A DNA stretch of 64,000 nt, from positions 6,762-70,761 of the forward strand of contig JBOIDR010000001.1 in assembly GCA_050740695.1 (NCBI GenBank). The letters are read 5' to 3'. Position 1 is the first letter of the stretch. Each line of letters begins with the position of its first letter. Below the pieces are notes generated by a model. That model saw only the letters and a list, made by a program, of their open reading frames with translations. It did not search any database and was not told where the DNA came from. Below are positions 1 through 9,617 of this stretch, in pieces. A program made the position numbers and the translations under genes. Origin of the DNA: Gammaproteobacteria bacterium. Its GTDB lineage: Bacteria > Pseudomonadota > Gammaproteobacteria > JACCXJ01.

Positions 1-194
1 GAAAATGGCTCCGGCACCTCTTCCCCTGATTGCTGCAAATCGTTCACGGTCTGCGCCACTACCTTTCGGATCCCCTTGAGCGCCGCCTCCGGAGTCGCGG
101 CAAGCCAGTTCAACGAGGGGAACTCCGCGCACAATCCGACATGCTCGCCATCCTCCGCCGACCACGTCACACGATAGGTGTAGTGATCCTTCAT
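1..194 (-). CDS. HicB-family (UPF0150) antitoxin, N-terminal part; CDS continues past the left edge
   Basis: Own minus-strand translation from ATG (194..192): MKDHYTYRVTWSAEDGEHVGLCAEFPSLNWLAATPEAALKGIRKVVAQTVNDLQQSGEEVPEPF..., a typical HicB-type N-terminus. It is open to position 1, so it is absent from the ORF track. Confidence 0.55.
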   Translation of the reverse strand, partial: MKDHYTYRVTWSAEDGEHVGLCAEFPSLNWLAATPEAALKGIRKVVAQTVNDLQQSGEEVPEPF

Positions 195-321
195 CGCTTT
201 CCCGCGTCCGGTGAGCGATCTTCAGACATCGTAGCCTGGGTCGAGCGCAGCGGAACCGTGAGCCCGCGAGGGTGCCCTCGCTGCGCGGAGGCCTTGTTCT
301 TGACCATGGTATACTGCCTCA

Positions 322-564
322 ATGACAAGCGTTACCTTCGATACCCTAAAGTTCGTCGAAAGGCTCAAGGCCGCCGGCGTCCCCGAGGCCCAGGCCAAGG
401 CCATGGCGGAAGCGCAACAAGAGGCGCTTTCCGAATCGGTAGCCACGCAATTGGCAACCAAGTCGGACCTCGCCGAGCTCAAGTTGGACGTGATCAAATG
501 GATGGTTGGGCTTGCCCTCGCGCAAGTGTCCTTGTCAATGGGCATATTGGTCAAGGTACTGTGA
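322..564 (+). CDS. DUF1640-type small coiled-coil protein with a C-terminal hydrophobic helix
   Basis: 80-aa ORF. The pattern FDTLKFVERLKAAG..EAQAKA...ATKSDLAELKLDVIKWMVGL is typical of DUF1640 proteins. Confidence 0.55.
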   Translation: MTSVTFDTLKFVERLKAAGVPEAQAKAMAEAQQEALSESVATQLATKSDLAELKLDVIKWMVGLALAQVSLSMGILVKVL

Positions 565-652
565 TTTCACATCGCAATATCTCGAAAGGCGGGTTACGCG
601 AGGACGCCGCTAACCCGCCCGCGCTACTGGATGCTGCGAAGCGGGATCCTAG

Positions 653-2320
653 CTAGCGCCGTAAGGCGTTCGCCATCATCAGGAGCCCGAAGCCGCCCAG
701 CACCCACACGCCGAACGGGGCCTCGCCGAGCATGGTCTGATCCGGCACGCCGAGACCGAAGAGCAGCGCGGCGCCGACGATGAAGGCCGCGCCCAGAATG
801 GCGTACACGCCGCGCTCGCCGGCCGCGCGAACCTCGCGGCGGATATCGTGGAACGCCTGCGCCTCGACATGAAACCTGAGATCGCCGTGTTTGGCCTGGT
901 CGAGTAGATCGATCACGGCCCCGGGTATTCCGGGGAGGCGCTCGGCCCACATCGGCACGCCGTCCCGACCGGCGCGTACCAGCCTCCGGATCCCCACGCG
1001 CTCGCCCATCCAGCGTTCCAGCGCCGGCCGCGCGATCTGCCAGAGATCGATCTCCGGGTACAACTGGCGGGCCACGCCCTCGATGTTGACCAGCGTCTTC
1101 TGCAGGAGTAGCAACTGGGGGAGGATCACCATGTGGAAACGCTGTGCGGTTTGGAACAGGCGCAACAACAGGTGCCCGAAGGACACGTCGGTGATGGGGC
1201 GCTCGAACATCGGCTCGCACACGCTGCGGATCGCGAACTCGAAGTCGTCGACGCGGGTGCCGGCCGGCACCCAACCGGATTCCACGTGCAGTTCCGCCAC
1301 GCGCCGGTAATCGCGGTTCAGGAACGCGAGGAAGTTGTTGGCGAGATAACGCTGGTCGAACTCGGACAGAGAGCCCATGATCCCGAAATCGACCGGCACG
1401 ATCTTGGGCGGCCCCGAACCCAGCGGCGGGATCACGAAGAGATTGCCGGGGTGCATGTCGGCGTGGAAATAGCGGTCGCGGAACACCGCCGCGAAGAACA
1501 CCTGCACTGCCGCCTCGGCCAGGCGTCTCAGGTCCACCCCGGCCTGACGCAAGGCCTCGATGTTGTCGATGGAGATCCCGGTGACCCGCTCCATGACGAG
1601 CACGGTCTGCTTGGTCAGATCCCATTCGATGCGCGGCACGTAGACTTCTTCGGCGCCCTCGAAATTGCGCCGGAGCTGGGAGCAATTGGCGGCCTCGCGA
1701 ACCAGATCCAGCTCGTCGAAGATGATCTTTTCGTATTCCGCCACGATGCGGGTGGGTTTGAGCCGGCGTCCCTCCGCCCAGTAACGCTCGGCGAGCGAGG
1801 CGAGGATGTACAAGAGGCCGAGGTCTCGCTGGATGACCTTCTTGATCCCGGGCCGCACTACCTTGACCACGACGTCGCGCCCGTCCCGGAGCCGCGCGGC
1901 GTGGACCTGGGCGATGGATGCCGAGGCGAGCGGCGTCTCGTCGAATTCCGCGAATACCTCCGCGGGTGGCCGCCCATAGGCGCGCTCGACGATGGCGTGC
2001 GCCTCCGCGCTTGGAAAGGGCACGACATGGTCCCGAAGCTTGGCGAGCTCGAGCGCGAGGTCGTCGTCGGCGAGGAGATCCTGGCGGGTCGACAGCAGCT
2101 GGCCGAACTTGACGAAGATCGGGCCCAAGTCCTCAAAGGCATGGCGGATGCGCTCCGCGCGCGGCGCGTTAGGGGTCCGTACCCAGTTCCACGGCAGCAG
2201 ATAGAGCACGAAGCGCATGGGCCTCAGGAGGTGGGTCGCGAGGATGATCTCGTCCAGCCGGTGGCGAATGAGCACCCGCTGTATCCCGAGGACGCGCAGC
2301 GCCTGACCGAGGGTGATCAT
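653..2320 (-). CDS. ubiB: Ubiquinone biosynthesis regulatory kinase-like protein UbiB (ABC1/AarF family)
   Basis: The C-terminal 555 aa of the 653..2791 ORF carry ABC1 kinase-like motifs ([32 protein letters not shown]) and two C-terminal TM helices. Start trimmed to ATG 2320 ([11 protein letters not shown]...) because the upstream extension overlaps ubiJ. ubiE-ubiJ-ubiB synteny supports the call. Confidence 0.9.
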   Translation of the reverse strand: MITLGQALRVLGIQRVLIRHRLDEIILATHLLRPMRFVLYLLPWNWVRTPNAPRAERIRHAFEDLGPIFVKFGQLLSTRQDLLADDDLALELAKLRDHVVPFPSAEAHAIVERAYGRPPAEVFAEFDETPLASASIAQVHAARLRDGRDVVVKVVRPGIKKVIQRDLGLLYILASLAERYWAEGRRLKPTRIVAEYEKIIFDELDLVREAANCSQLRRNFEGAEEVYVPRIEWDLTKQTVLVMERVTGISIDNIEALRQAGVDLRRLAEAAVQVFFAAVFRDRYFHADMHPGNLFVIPPLGSGPPKIVPVDFGIMGSLSEFDQRYLANNFLAFLNRDYRRVAELHVESGWVPAGTRVDDFEFAIRSVCEPMFERPITDVSFGHLLLRLFQTAQRFHMVILPQLLLLQKTLVNIEGVARQLYPEIDLWQIARPALERWMGERVGIRRLVRAGRDGVPMWAERLPGIPGAVIDLLDQAKHGDLRFHVEAQAFHDIRREVRAAGERGVYAILGAAFIVGAALLFGLGVPDQTMLGEAPFGVWVLGGFGLLMMANALRR

Positions 2321-2336
2321 GAGGGGAGGGAGGAGG

Positions 2337-2960
2337 TCAGTCGCGCCCCAGCGCTCGCGCGATCCGCCGGAGGCGCGCCTCCAGGCGGTCCACATCGCTG
2401 CGCAGGGCATCGACTGCGTCCACGAACTCGGCGATCTCGCGCGTCTCGACCAGGATCGCGGCCTCGTTTCGCAGGTACTCCACGGTGTCCTCTGCGAGCG
2501 TGTGGCGCGCCTCTTCGGCCCAGCCGGATAGATCGCGCACGACGTTCCCGATCTGATGCGCGGCGATGTCGCCGAGATATTGGGACAGCAGCTCTTCCCA
2601 GTCGATGTCGAAAGACGCGAGCATCGACTGCAGGTGGCGGCCGAGCTGAAGATCGCCGATGATCTCGACCTCGCCGCTGAAGCCGCCTGTTTGCTCCCCG
2701 CGCGCCATGCGCAAGAGCGCGAACGGCGTCCCGCGGATGCACACGTGGACCTCGCCCGTATAGGCGTCGAGCAGCTCGAAACGATGCTCACCGGGCAATA
2801 AGTAAACGGTCTGACCGAGACCCAGGAGCTCGACGGCGATGACCTTTCCGGCCATCGCGCGCGCCGCTTCGAGGGTGCGCGGGTCGAGGGAGAGAAGACG
2901 TGCCGACAGCCGCTCGATCACGGACAAGAGCATGGGCACCGGACCGGTGATCGGATCCAC
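2337..2960 (-). CDS. ubiJ: Ubiquinone biosynthesis accessory factor UbiJ (SCP2 domain)
   Basis: 207-aa ORF lying exactly between ubiE and ubiB, as in the conserved ubiE-ubiJ-ubiB operon. It has an N-terminal SCP2-like region and a C-terminal coiled coil. Confidence 0.7.
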   Translation of the reverse strand: MDPITGPVPMLLSVIERLSARLLSLDPRTLEAARAMAGKVIAVELLGLGQTVYLLPGEHRFELLDAYTGEVHVCIRGTPFALLRMARGEQTGGFSGEVEIIGDLQLGRHLQSMLASFDIDWEELLSQYLGDIAAHQIGNVVRDLSGWAEEARHTLAEDTVEYLRNEAAILVETREIAEFVDAVDALRSDVDRLEARLRRIARALGRD

Positions 2961-2971
2961 CCGCTTCCGGA

Positions 2972-3715
2972 TCAGAGCTTGTAGCCCCGGTGTACCGCGG
3001 CGATCCCGCCGCTCAGGTTATGGTAGCCGGCCATCTCGAAGCCGGCCTCTTCCATCATGCTCATGAGCGCCCCCTGGTCGGGGTGGCGGCGGATGGATTC
3101 GACCAGATACCGGTAGCTCGCGCGGTCGCCCGCGACGATCTGGCCGAGGAGCGGGATGACATTGAAGGAATAGAGATCGTAGAGGCGCTGCAGGAGCGGC
3201 ATCACGGCCCGCGAGAACTCCAGGATCACGAGCCGACCCCCGTGGCGAAGCACGCGGTGCATGGATCGCAGCGCCCGGGACTTGTCGCTCACGTTGCGGA
3301 GCCCGAAGGCGATCAGGAGCAGATCGAAGCTGCCATCGGCGAACGGCAGCGCCTCTGCGTCCGCGAAGGCGTAGGCCACGTTGCCGGCGATGCCCCGGTC
3401 GATCAAGCGATCGCGCCCGAGCCTCAGCATGGCGGCGTTGACGTCGGTCAATACCACGTGTCCCCGGGGACGGACCCGGTCCACGAGGCGCGCCGTCATG
3501 TCACCGGTACCGCCGGCGATATCGAGAACCCGCTCACCGCACCTGGGCCGTGCCAGGGCCACGGCGAAGGCCTTCCAGGCGCGATGCACCCCGCCCGACA
3601 TGAGGTCGTTCATGAGATCGTAGCGGAACGCCACCGAGGTGAAGACCTCGCCCACGCGGCGCGCCTTGTCCGCGATCGGGAGGATGCGGAAACCGAAGTC
3701 GGTGGTCTCGCTCAC
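2972..3715 (-). CDS. ubiE: Demethylmenaquinone / 2-methoxy-6-polyprenyl-1,4-benzoquinol methyltransferase UbiE
   Basis: 247 aa with FTSVAFRYDLMNDLMSGGVHRAWK and the SAM motif VLDIAGGTGD. Full-length UbiE-like. Confidence 0.92.
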   Translation of the reverse strand: MSETTDFGFRILPIADKARRVGEVFTSVAFRYDLMNDLMSGGVHRAWKAFAVALARPRCGERVLDIAGGTGDMTARLVDRVRPRGHVVLTDVNAAMLRLGRDRLIDRGIAGNVAYAFADAEALPFADGSFDLLLIAFGLRNVSDKSRALRSMHRVLRHGGRLVILEFSRAVMPLLQRLYDLYSFNVIPLLGQIVAGDRASYRYLVESIRRHPDQGALMSMMEEAGFEMAGYHNLSGGIAAVHRGYKL

Positions 3716-4071
3716 GGGGTGGCAGCGGGGGTGCGCGCATAGCCGAGCTTTTCAAGTGCGGCGAGGTATTCCGCCCAGTAGCGCTCGCGGTGGGCGCCGA
3801 GATCGTGCAGATAATTCCACGCATAGAGGCCGGTGTTATGGCCGTCGTCGAAGGTGAGCCTCACGGCGTACTGTCCCACGGGTTCGATCCTGGTGATGTT
3901 GACAGATTCCTTGCCGGTCGGTACCAGCCACTCGCCGCCGTGGCCTTGCACCTCGGCGGACGGCGAGCGTACCCGCAGGAGCTCGCAGGGCAGCTCGAAA
4001 CGCTGGCCGTCGTGGAACGTGAGCTCCAGGACGCGCGAACTCCGGTGCAGTCGGATCTCGGTCGGGATCAT
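3712..4071 (-). CDS. DUF971 (gamma-butyrobetaine hydroxylase-like N-terminal domain) protein
   Basis: 119 aa with L.L.F.DG..F.L..E.LR..SPSAEV.GHG and FDDGH.TG.Y. It has 4-nt stop/start overlaps with both hslU and ubiE. Confidence 0.75.
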   Translation of the reverse strand: MIPTEIRLHRSSRVLELTFHDGQRFELPCELLRVRSPSAEVQGHGGEWLVPTGKESVNITRIEPVGQYAVRLTFDDGHNTGLYAWNYLHDLGAHRERYWAEYLAALEKLGYARTPAATP

Positions 4072-5390
4072 AGGATGTAGCGGGCCAGGTCCTGGTCCTC
4101 GGCGAGCGCCGTGAGCTGGGCATCGACATAGGCGGCATCGACCGTGAGCGCCCTGATCTCGCCGCTGCCGGCGGCGAACGACACCGATTCCAGAAGGCGT
4201 TCGAGCACGGTGTGCAGGCGCCGGGCGCCGATGTTCTCGGCGCGCTCGTTGACCTGCCAGGCGACCTCGGCCAGGCGCGCGATCCCCGATTCCGCGAACG
4301 TGAGGCCCACCCCCTCGGTCTCCATGAGCGCCGTGTATTGCTCGGTCAAGGAGGCGTCGGGCTCGGTGAGGATGCGCACGAAGTCGCCGACCGTGAGGGC
4401 ATCGAGCTCGACCCGGATCGGGAGCCGGCCCTGTAGCTCCGGGATCAGGTCCGAGGGCTTGGAGAGATGAAACGCCCCCGAGGCGATGAAGAGGATGTGA
4501 TCGGTCTTGACCATACCGTACTTGGTAGAGACGGTGCCGCCCTCGACCAGCGGCAAGAGATCGCGCTGCACGCCCTCGCGCGAGACATCCGGGCCGCCGT
4601 ATTCGGAACGCCGCGCGACCTTGTCGATCTCGTCCAGGAACACGATGCCGTGCTGCTCGACGCGATCCACCGCCCGGGTCTTGATGTCGTCCTCGTTGAT
4701 GAGCTTCATGGCCTCTTCCTCGGCCAGGAGCTTCTGTGCCTCCTTGACGCGCAGCTTACGCGTGCGGGTGCGACCGCTGCCGAGATTGTGGAACATGGAC
4801 TGGAGCTGCTGGGTCATCTCCTCCATGCCGGGCGGGGCCATGATCTCGACTCCGATCCGGGGCGCGGAGACCTCGGCCTCGATCTCGCGATCGGCGAGCT
4901 TACCGTCCTTGAGCATCTCGCGGAAGCGCTCGCGGGTCGCCGAGCCGCCCTCGTCATGGACGCTGCCCAGGCGTGGGGCCGGGAGCAGGATGTCGAGCAC
5001 GCGCTCCTCGGCGGCCGCCTGGGCCTGGGCGCGCACCCGCGACATGGCCTCCTCGCGGGTCATCTTGACGGCGATGTCGGCGAGATCGCGGATGATGGAC
5101 TCGACGTCGCGGCCCACGTACCCGATCTCGGTGAACTTGGTGGCCTCCACCTTGAGGAAGGGCGCCTCGGCGAGCTTCGCGAGCCGGCGTGCGATCTCGG
5201 TCTTGCCGACCCCGGTCGGGCCGATCATCAATATATTCTTTGGCGTGATCTCGTTGCGAAGATCCGCGCGCACCTGCAATCGGCGCCAGCGGTTGCGGAG
5301 CGCGATGGCGACGGCGCGTTTGGCGGCGTCCTGGCCGATGATGTGTTTGTCGAGCTCGCGGACGATCTCGGCGGGAGTGAGCGCGCGCAT
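4068..5390 (-). CDS. hslU: ATP-dependent protease ATPase subunit HslU
   Basis: 440 aa starting [20 protein letters not shown], with Walker [16 protein letters not shown] and Walker B VFLDEIDK. Confidence 0.96.
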   Translation of the reverse strand: MRALTPAEIVRELDKHIIGQDAAKRAVAIALRNRWRRLQVRADLRNEITPKNILMIGPTGVGKTEIARRLAKLAEAPFLKVEATKFTEIGYVGRDVESIIRDLADIAVKMTREEAMSRVRAQAQAAAEERVLDILLPAPRLGSVHDEGGSATRERFREMLKDGKLADREIEAEVSAPRIGVEIMAPPGMEEMTQQLQSMFHNLGSGRTRTRKLRVKEAQKLLAEEEAMKLINEDDIKTRAVDRVEQHGIVFLDEIDKVARRSEYGGPDVSREGVQRDLLPLVEGGTVSTKYGMVKTDHILFIASGAFHLSKPSDLIPELQGRLPIRVELDALTVGDFVRILTEPDASLTEQYTALMETEGVGLTFAESGIARLAEVAWQVNERAENIGARRLHTVLERLLESVSFAAGSGEIRALTVDAAYVDAQLTALAEDQDLARYIL

Positions 5391-5414
5391 GGGATACCTA
5401 GCGGGCCCCTATTT

Positions 5415-5987
5415 TCATTTATTCAGGGAGGCCTCGGCCTCCAACTCCTCGATGGTGAGGTTGGCGTTGGTGTAGATGCAGATGTCCGCGGCGATGCGGA
5501 GCGCCGTTTCCACGATGGCGCGTGCCGGCAATTCCGTGTGCAGGCAGAGCGCCCGCGCCGCCGCCTGCGCGAAGGGGCCGCCCGAGCCGATGGCCAGGAC
5601 CTCACCCTCGGGCTCGATCACGTCCCCGGTGCCGGAGATGATGAGCGAGGCAGCCCGATCGGCGACCGCCAGCAGGGCTTCCAACCGCCTCAAGGCCCGA
5701 TCGGTGCGCCAGTCCTTGGCCAGCTCGACCGCCGAGCGTTTGAGGTTGCCCTGGTGCTTGTCGAGCTTGGCCTCGAAGCGCTCGAATAGCGTGAAGGCAT
5801 CCGCCGTACCGCCCGCGAAGCCGGCCAGGATCTGATCGCCGCGCATGCGCCTGACCTTGCAGGCATTGCCCTTCATGACTGTGTTGCCCAACGACACCTG
5901 CCCGTCCCCGCCCATGACCACCCGGGCGGCGCGCCTCACCGAGAGGATGGTGGTGCCTTCGAAGTGAATGGGAGAGCGCACCGTCAT
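5415..5987 (-). CDS. hslV: ATP-dependent protease peptidase subunit HslV
   Basis: The ORF 5415..6128 contains [24 protein letters not shown]. Start trimmed to ATG 5987 ([15 protein letters not shown]), which leaves a short propeptide before the catalytic Thr. Confidence 0.9.
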   Translation of the reverse strand: MTVRSPIHFEGTTILSVRRAARVVMGGDGQVSLGNTVMKGNACKVRRMRGDQILAGFAGGTADAFTLFERFEAKLDKHQGNLKRSAVELAKDWRTDRALRRLEALLAVADRAASLIISGTGDVIEPEGEVLAIGSGGPFAQAAARALCLHTELPARAIVETALRIAADICIYTNANLTIEELEAEASLNK

Positions 5988-6248
5988 GGGCGGGAAGTGT
6001 ACACCAGGAACCGACCTCTGGGCCCTCGGCGGTCGCCCGGGTCGGGGCAGCTTCGCGTTCGAAGGTTCTTCGTCCGGCGCGCCTGTTCGATGCCACCCGA
6101 TAGCAATTGGGGTCGTCCATGCGTGCAACGGACGGGACGACCTCGTCTACCGGGCGCACCGCCGCCGTGTGACGGGGAGTCGAGAGTTTACAAAACCTGA
6201 CCCACCAAGTTATACTTTAGTGTAATGTAAGCATCCAGAGGCCTCATC

Positions 6249-6500
6249 ATGCCGATTGCAACTCTTCGCAGTGTGGGCGGTTCGGTTGTCATGGCCATCC
6301 CTAAGCGCATACTGGATTTGGTGCATTTGCGATCCGGTTCGCAAGTGAATATCGATGCCCAGGACGGGAAACTGATCGTTGCGCCCAAGAAAAAACCACG
6401 CTACACCCCCTCACCGAACTGATGGCGCAGTGCGACCTATCGCAGCTTATGAGCACCGAAGAAAGGGAATGGCTTGACACACCTGCCGTCGAATGCCCGG
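6249..6500 (+). pseudogene. PemI/Kis-like (MazE superfamily, AbrB/SpoVT fold) antitoxin, frameshifted
   Basis: Own translation from ATG 6249: MPIATLRSVGGSVVMAIPKRILDLVHLRSGSQVNIDAQDGKLIVAPKKKPRYTPSPN*, stop at 6420..6422. The expected continuation ..LTELMAQCDLSQLMSTEEREWLDTPAV.. lies in another frame (ORF 6422..). The break maps to the C5 run at 6406..6410. From memory, the C-terminus parallels plasmid PemI/Kis (..PQYSLAELLAQCD..EEREWLDAPA..). Confidence 0.65.
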
Positions 6501-6687
6501 CCGGGGCGAGATTTGGCACGTTAATCTCGGGGCCGATCGGTGTTGGCAGTGGAGCGGGCGTAGGGCGCGTCTCCGCGCCGACTCATTCGCTGGAGCAGAC
6601 AGCAGTGCCTCTATCATAAACGGATGGTCATACGAACTGTTCCGATCGCTTCCCGCAGGGCGGACCGTGAGAAACGTTAGGCGCTGA
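6493..6687 (+). pseudogene. PemK/Kid/MazF-like toxin remnant (decayed, frame-broken)
   Basis: MPGRGEIWHVNLG.. matches the ..RGEIW.V.L.P..G.E..G.RP.. N-terminus of PemK/MazF toxins. Downstream similarity is split between two frames and then fades, and the reading frame is too short for an intact toxin. Confidence 0.45.
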
Positions 6688-6751
6688 TCGGTGTAGGCGG
6701 TGGAGAATAAGTGCTACCCGGAACATGGGCGCGACGATCATCAGGCGTGAC
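6555..6751. repeat. Copy A of an imperfect ~200-bp direct repeat flanking the hicBA cassette
   Basis: Aligns by eye with 7299..7513: gcgggcg[t/c]agggcgcgt.tccgcgc.gactcattcgct.gagcagaca...gcctctatcataaacggatggtcata.gaactgt ... gggcgcgacgatcatcaggcgtgac. There are several indels. Confidence 0.7.
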
Positions 6752-6827
6752 AGAATCATACCGCGAATGATAGGCGCGGACACGCGCCCTACGTTTGCTC
6801 TACTCGTCGTACACTTGGAGGCTGGTT

Positions 6828-7037
6828 ATGAGAGTTTATTCTGCGGTAATAGAGCGTTGTCCCTACACGGGACTGTTCGTCGGTTTTGTTCCTGGTTTTG
6901 CGGGCGCGCACTCCCAAGGGGAGACGCTCGATGAGGTCAATCGTAACCTTCAAGAAGTCATAACGATGCTTCTTGAAGATGGAGAGCCTCAGCTTGAGTC
7001 CGAGTTTGTGGGGATTCAGAACGTCGCCATTGCGTAG
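6828..7037 (+). CDS. hicB: HicB-family antitoxin (UPF0150)
   Basis: MRVYSAVIERCPYTGLFVGFVPGFAGAHSQGETLDEVNRNLQEVITMLLEDGEP. Start set at ATG 6828, behind a GGAG at 6817..6820. It lies 2 nt upstream of hicA. Confidence 0.8.
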   Translation: MRVYSAVIERCPYTGLFVGFVPGFAGAHSQGETLDEVNRNLQEVITMLLEDGEPQLESEFVGIQNVAIA

Positions 7038-7039
7038 GC

Positions 7040-7264
7040 ATGGGCAACATACCAACTCTCAAGCCGGCAGAGGTCGTCGCCATTCTTCTGAAGCTCGGTT
7101 TCACGGAGGTCAGGCACCGTGGCTCACACAAGCAGTTTCGTGACGGTACGGGGCGATGCACCACCGTACCGTTTCATCAGGGCCGGGATGTGTCTCCTAT
7201 CTTGCTCAGGCAAATTGCCAAGGACGTAGCACTTACTGTCGATGACTTACTCAAGTACCGTTAG
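7040..7264 (+). CDS. hicA: HicA-family mRNA interferase toxin
   Basis: 74 aa, LKPAEVVAILLKLGFTEVRHRGSHKQFRDGTGRCTTVPFHQGRDVSPILLRQIAKD. This is the YcfA/HicA signature with G-SH. Confidence 0.85.
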   Translation: MGNIPTLKPAEVVAILLKLGFTEVRHRGSHKQFRDGTGRCTTVPFHQGRDVSPILLRQIAKDVALTVDDLLKYR

Positions 7265-7298
7265 CCCAACAAGGTGCTACACCGGACGGCACAAAAAT

Positions 7299-7513
7299 GC
7301 GGGCGCAGGGCGCGTGTCCGCGCTGACTCATTCGCTCGAGCAGACAACAATGCCTCTATCATAAACGGATGGTCATAGGAACTGTCCAAATCGCTTTCCG
7401 CTGGGCAGACCGCATATTGGAGTGCGCGAAAAACAATTGGTGCCAATCGGTGATCGGTGTTGAGGGTGGAGAAATAAGCGCTACCCATGGGCGCGACGAT
7501 CATCAGGCGTGAC
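7299..7513. repeat. Copy B of the ~200-bp direct repeat; its end overlaps the stop codon of the GT4 gene
   Basis: See copy A. Both copies end in ...gatcatcaggcgtgac, and in copy B this includes the stop and last codons of the 7503..8603 gene. Confidence 0.7.
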
Positions 7514-8603
7514 TGATATAGGAGGCGACCAGGGACCGCAGAAAATTACGAGCGCACTCGAAAGACTGGTGCCAGGTGGGGTGACGTGCCGCCCTTCGCC
7601 GAGCGGCGAGCCCCATCCGCAGCAAGAGCTCACGGTCCGCGACCAAGAGCCGGAGGGGGCGGGTAAGGGCATCGGCGTCACCCGGCGCCACCAGGAAGCC
7701 CTCGCGGCCGTGCTCGACGATCTCGTGCGCGCCCCCGGCCGTGGTGGCGATCACGGGCAACCCGAACCGCATCGCTTCGAGGTAGGCGATGCCCAAGGCC
7801 TCGTAATGCGAGGGTACAACCAGTAGGTGGCTGGTCATCAGGTACTCCGGGATCCGGGCGTTCGGCACCGTGCCCACCAGGCGCACGTTGGTCCCGAGAC
7901 CGGCGCGACCGATCAGACCCCGCAGGCGCTCGACATAGGGCCGGTCCATGGTCAAGCTGCCGACGATCTGTAAACGCCAACTGTCGGCGGGCAGGCGGCT
8001 CAGTGCGTCGATCAGGACGTGCAGGCCCTTGCCGGGGAGCACGTTGGCGATGCTGAGGACACAGAGGGGCCCCGTCGCTCGTGCCCGCGCCGCGAGCTCG
8101 GTTTCCGAGCGTTCCACGGCCAGATGGTCACCGCCCGGGTAGGCAACCACCCCGGGAAGCCCGTGCCCGAGGAGCGCTTCGACCGCCAGACGGGTCGTCT
8201 GGGAGTTGTAAAGGGCCGCATCGACAGTGGCCAGATATCGCCGTTCAGTCGCCGAGCACAAGCCACGGAGCCCCCTCGCCGTCTGCTCGCTCGAGCGCAA
8301 GAGGTGAACGATCGTGACGATCGGGTAGCGAGCCCTGGCCCTGAGCCAGCCGTTGAGGAATACCAGGGACGGATGGACGAGCTCATCCTGCAAGAGGACA
8401 TCGAAGCGCTCCCGAGTGAGCCGGCGAAGCAACGAAGGCGAGGCGTTGTCGGCGAGGGCGCGGGGATAGTGGTTGCGACTAGGGACGGAGATCACCTCGG
8501 CCCGATCTCCGCTTGACACGAGATGATCCAGCAACCTGCGGTCGTAGAGATAACCGCCGGTGAGGGTCTCGATGCTCCCGTAGATCACGAGGCCGACTCG
8601 CAT
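7503..8603 (-). CDS. Glycosyltransferase family 4 (Glycos_transf_1 type)
   Basis: Start trimmed to ATG 8603 (MRVGLVIYGSIETLTGGYLYDRRL...). The C-terminal half has the GT4 motif E..G....EAM..G.PVIAT..GG..EIV. It is the last gene of the ribA-led operon. Confidence 0.85.
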   Translation of the reverse strand: MRVGLVIYGSIETLTGGYLYDRRLLDHLVSSGDRAEVISVPSRNHYPRALADNASPSLLRRLTRERFDVLLQDELVHPSLVFLNGWLRARARYPIVTIVHLLRSSEQTARGLRGLCSATERRYLATVDAALYNSQTTRLAVEALLGHGLPGVVAYPGGDHLAVERSETELAARARATGPLCVLSIANVLPGKGLHVLIDALSRLPADSWRLQIVGSLTMDRPYVERLRGLIGRAGLGTNVRLVGTVPNARIPEYLMTSHLLVVPSHYEALGIAYLEAMRFGLPVIATTAGGAHEIVEHGREGFLVAPGDADALTRPLRLLVADRELLLRMGLAARRRAARHPTWHQSFECARNFLRSLVASYISHA

Positions 8604-8608
8604 CACGC

Positions 8609-9613
8609 TCAGTAGGTGAGCATCACCTGCACGGCCTCTTGCGGGCGCCGATCGAGCAGGTCGTAGGCCTCGTCCGCGCGGGACACGGGAAAACGATGGG
8701 TGATGAGGCGGGCGGGATCGATCTCGGCGAGCATCCGCCAGGCCACCTCCCGGCGGCGAGCTTTGCTCCAGCGTCCCGCAAAGCGGGAGGCGATGGTGCT
8801 GACTTGGCTGCTGATGAGGCGCATGCGACTGCGATGAAAGGACCCGCCCAGGCGCAGGTGGGCGGGCCGGTCGCCATACCACGACCCGATCACGACTCGG
8901 CCCTCGAAGCCGGTGACGGCGATGGCCTCGTCGAGAACGGCCGGGCTGCCGGAAAGCTCGTAGGTCAAATCACAAGACGAGCGCAAGCGCTCCAGCTCGC
9001 CGGCCGCTGCCGGGTCCACGACCCGATGCGCACCCAGGTCGAGCGAGCGCTCGCGCCGCAGGGGATGACGGTCCAAGGTCACCAGATCGGAGAGGGGGAT
9101 GCGCGCCAGCAACGCCGTGGTGAGCAGCCCCACCACACCCTGCCCGAACACCGCGACGTGCTCGCCGACGATCGGTTGGCCGTCCATCAGGAGGGTGACT
9201 GCCGTTTCGACGTTGGGCAGGAAGGCCGCGTCCTCGGGCGAGAGCCCGGCGGGAACGAGGACGAGCTCGGCAGGCCTGGTCAGAAAATGGCTCTCGTGCG
9301 GATGAAAGCCCATCACCAACTCTCCGAGCCACTCTCGGCCGACGCCCGCGCCCAAGGTCGTGATCCGACCCACGGCGGCGTAACCGTACTTGAGAGGGAA
9401 GGCGAACGCCTCGGCGAGGGCGGGGATGGACGAGTCGAGGGGCATGTCGGCCGGCACCCGGCCGCGATAGACCAGCATCTCGGTGCCCGGGCTGATCGCG
9501 GATACGACGGTCTCGACCACCACCTCTCCGGCGCCGGGCGGAGATAGTGGCTCTTCCCGCACCGCCACGCGGTGGGCTGCGACGAAGTACAGGGACCGTC
9601 TACAGGTGGTCAT
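8609..9613 (-). CDS. Medium-chain (zinc-type) dehydrogenase/reductase, BchC/threonine-dehydrogenase-like
   Basis: Start trimmed to ATG 9613 (MTTCRRSLYFVAAHRVAVREEPL...). Contains SAISPGTEMLVYRG, a Rossmann segment VAVFGQGVVGLL and a typical MDR length of 334 aa. Confidence 0.78.
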   Translation of the reverse strand: MTTCRRSLYFVAAHRVAVREEPLSPPGAGEVVVETVVSAISPGTEMLVYRGRVPADMPLDSSIPALAEAFAFPLKYGYAAVGRITTLGAGVGREWLGELVMGFHPHESHFLTRPAELVLVPAGLSPEDAAFLPNVETAVTLLMDGQPIVGEHVAVFGQGVVGLLTTALLARIPLSDLVTLDRHPLRRERSLDLGAHRVVDPAAAGELERLRSSCDLTYELSGSPAVLDEAIAVTGFEGRVVIGSWYGDRPAHLRLGGSFHRSRMRLISSQVSTIASRFAGRWSKARRREVAWRMLAEIDPARLITHRFPVSRADEAYDLLDRRPQEAVQVMLTY

Positions 9614-9617
9614 CGAC

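Noticed and set aside
4467-5789. Long antisense or out-of-frame ORFs throughout the track, for example 4467..5789(+), 1133..2662(+), 27616..29181(+), 33212..34456(-), 37910..39637(+), 39936..41369(-), 61220..62314(+)
   Set aside because: They overlap well-supported genes (hslU, ubiB, atpA, WD40, smc, GT4). Their translations are Arg/Ala/Gly/Pro-rich with no family resemblance, which is typical of open frames in very GC-rich DNA.
5415-6128. Unusually long HslV (237 aa) with an N-terminal extension
   Set aside because: The extension is Arg/Pro-rich. The internal ATG at 5987 gives a normal-length HslV with the short propeptide before the catalytic Thr that is seen in many lineages.
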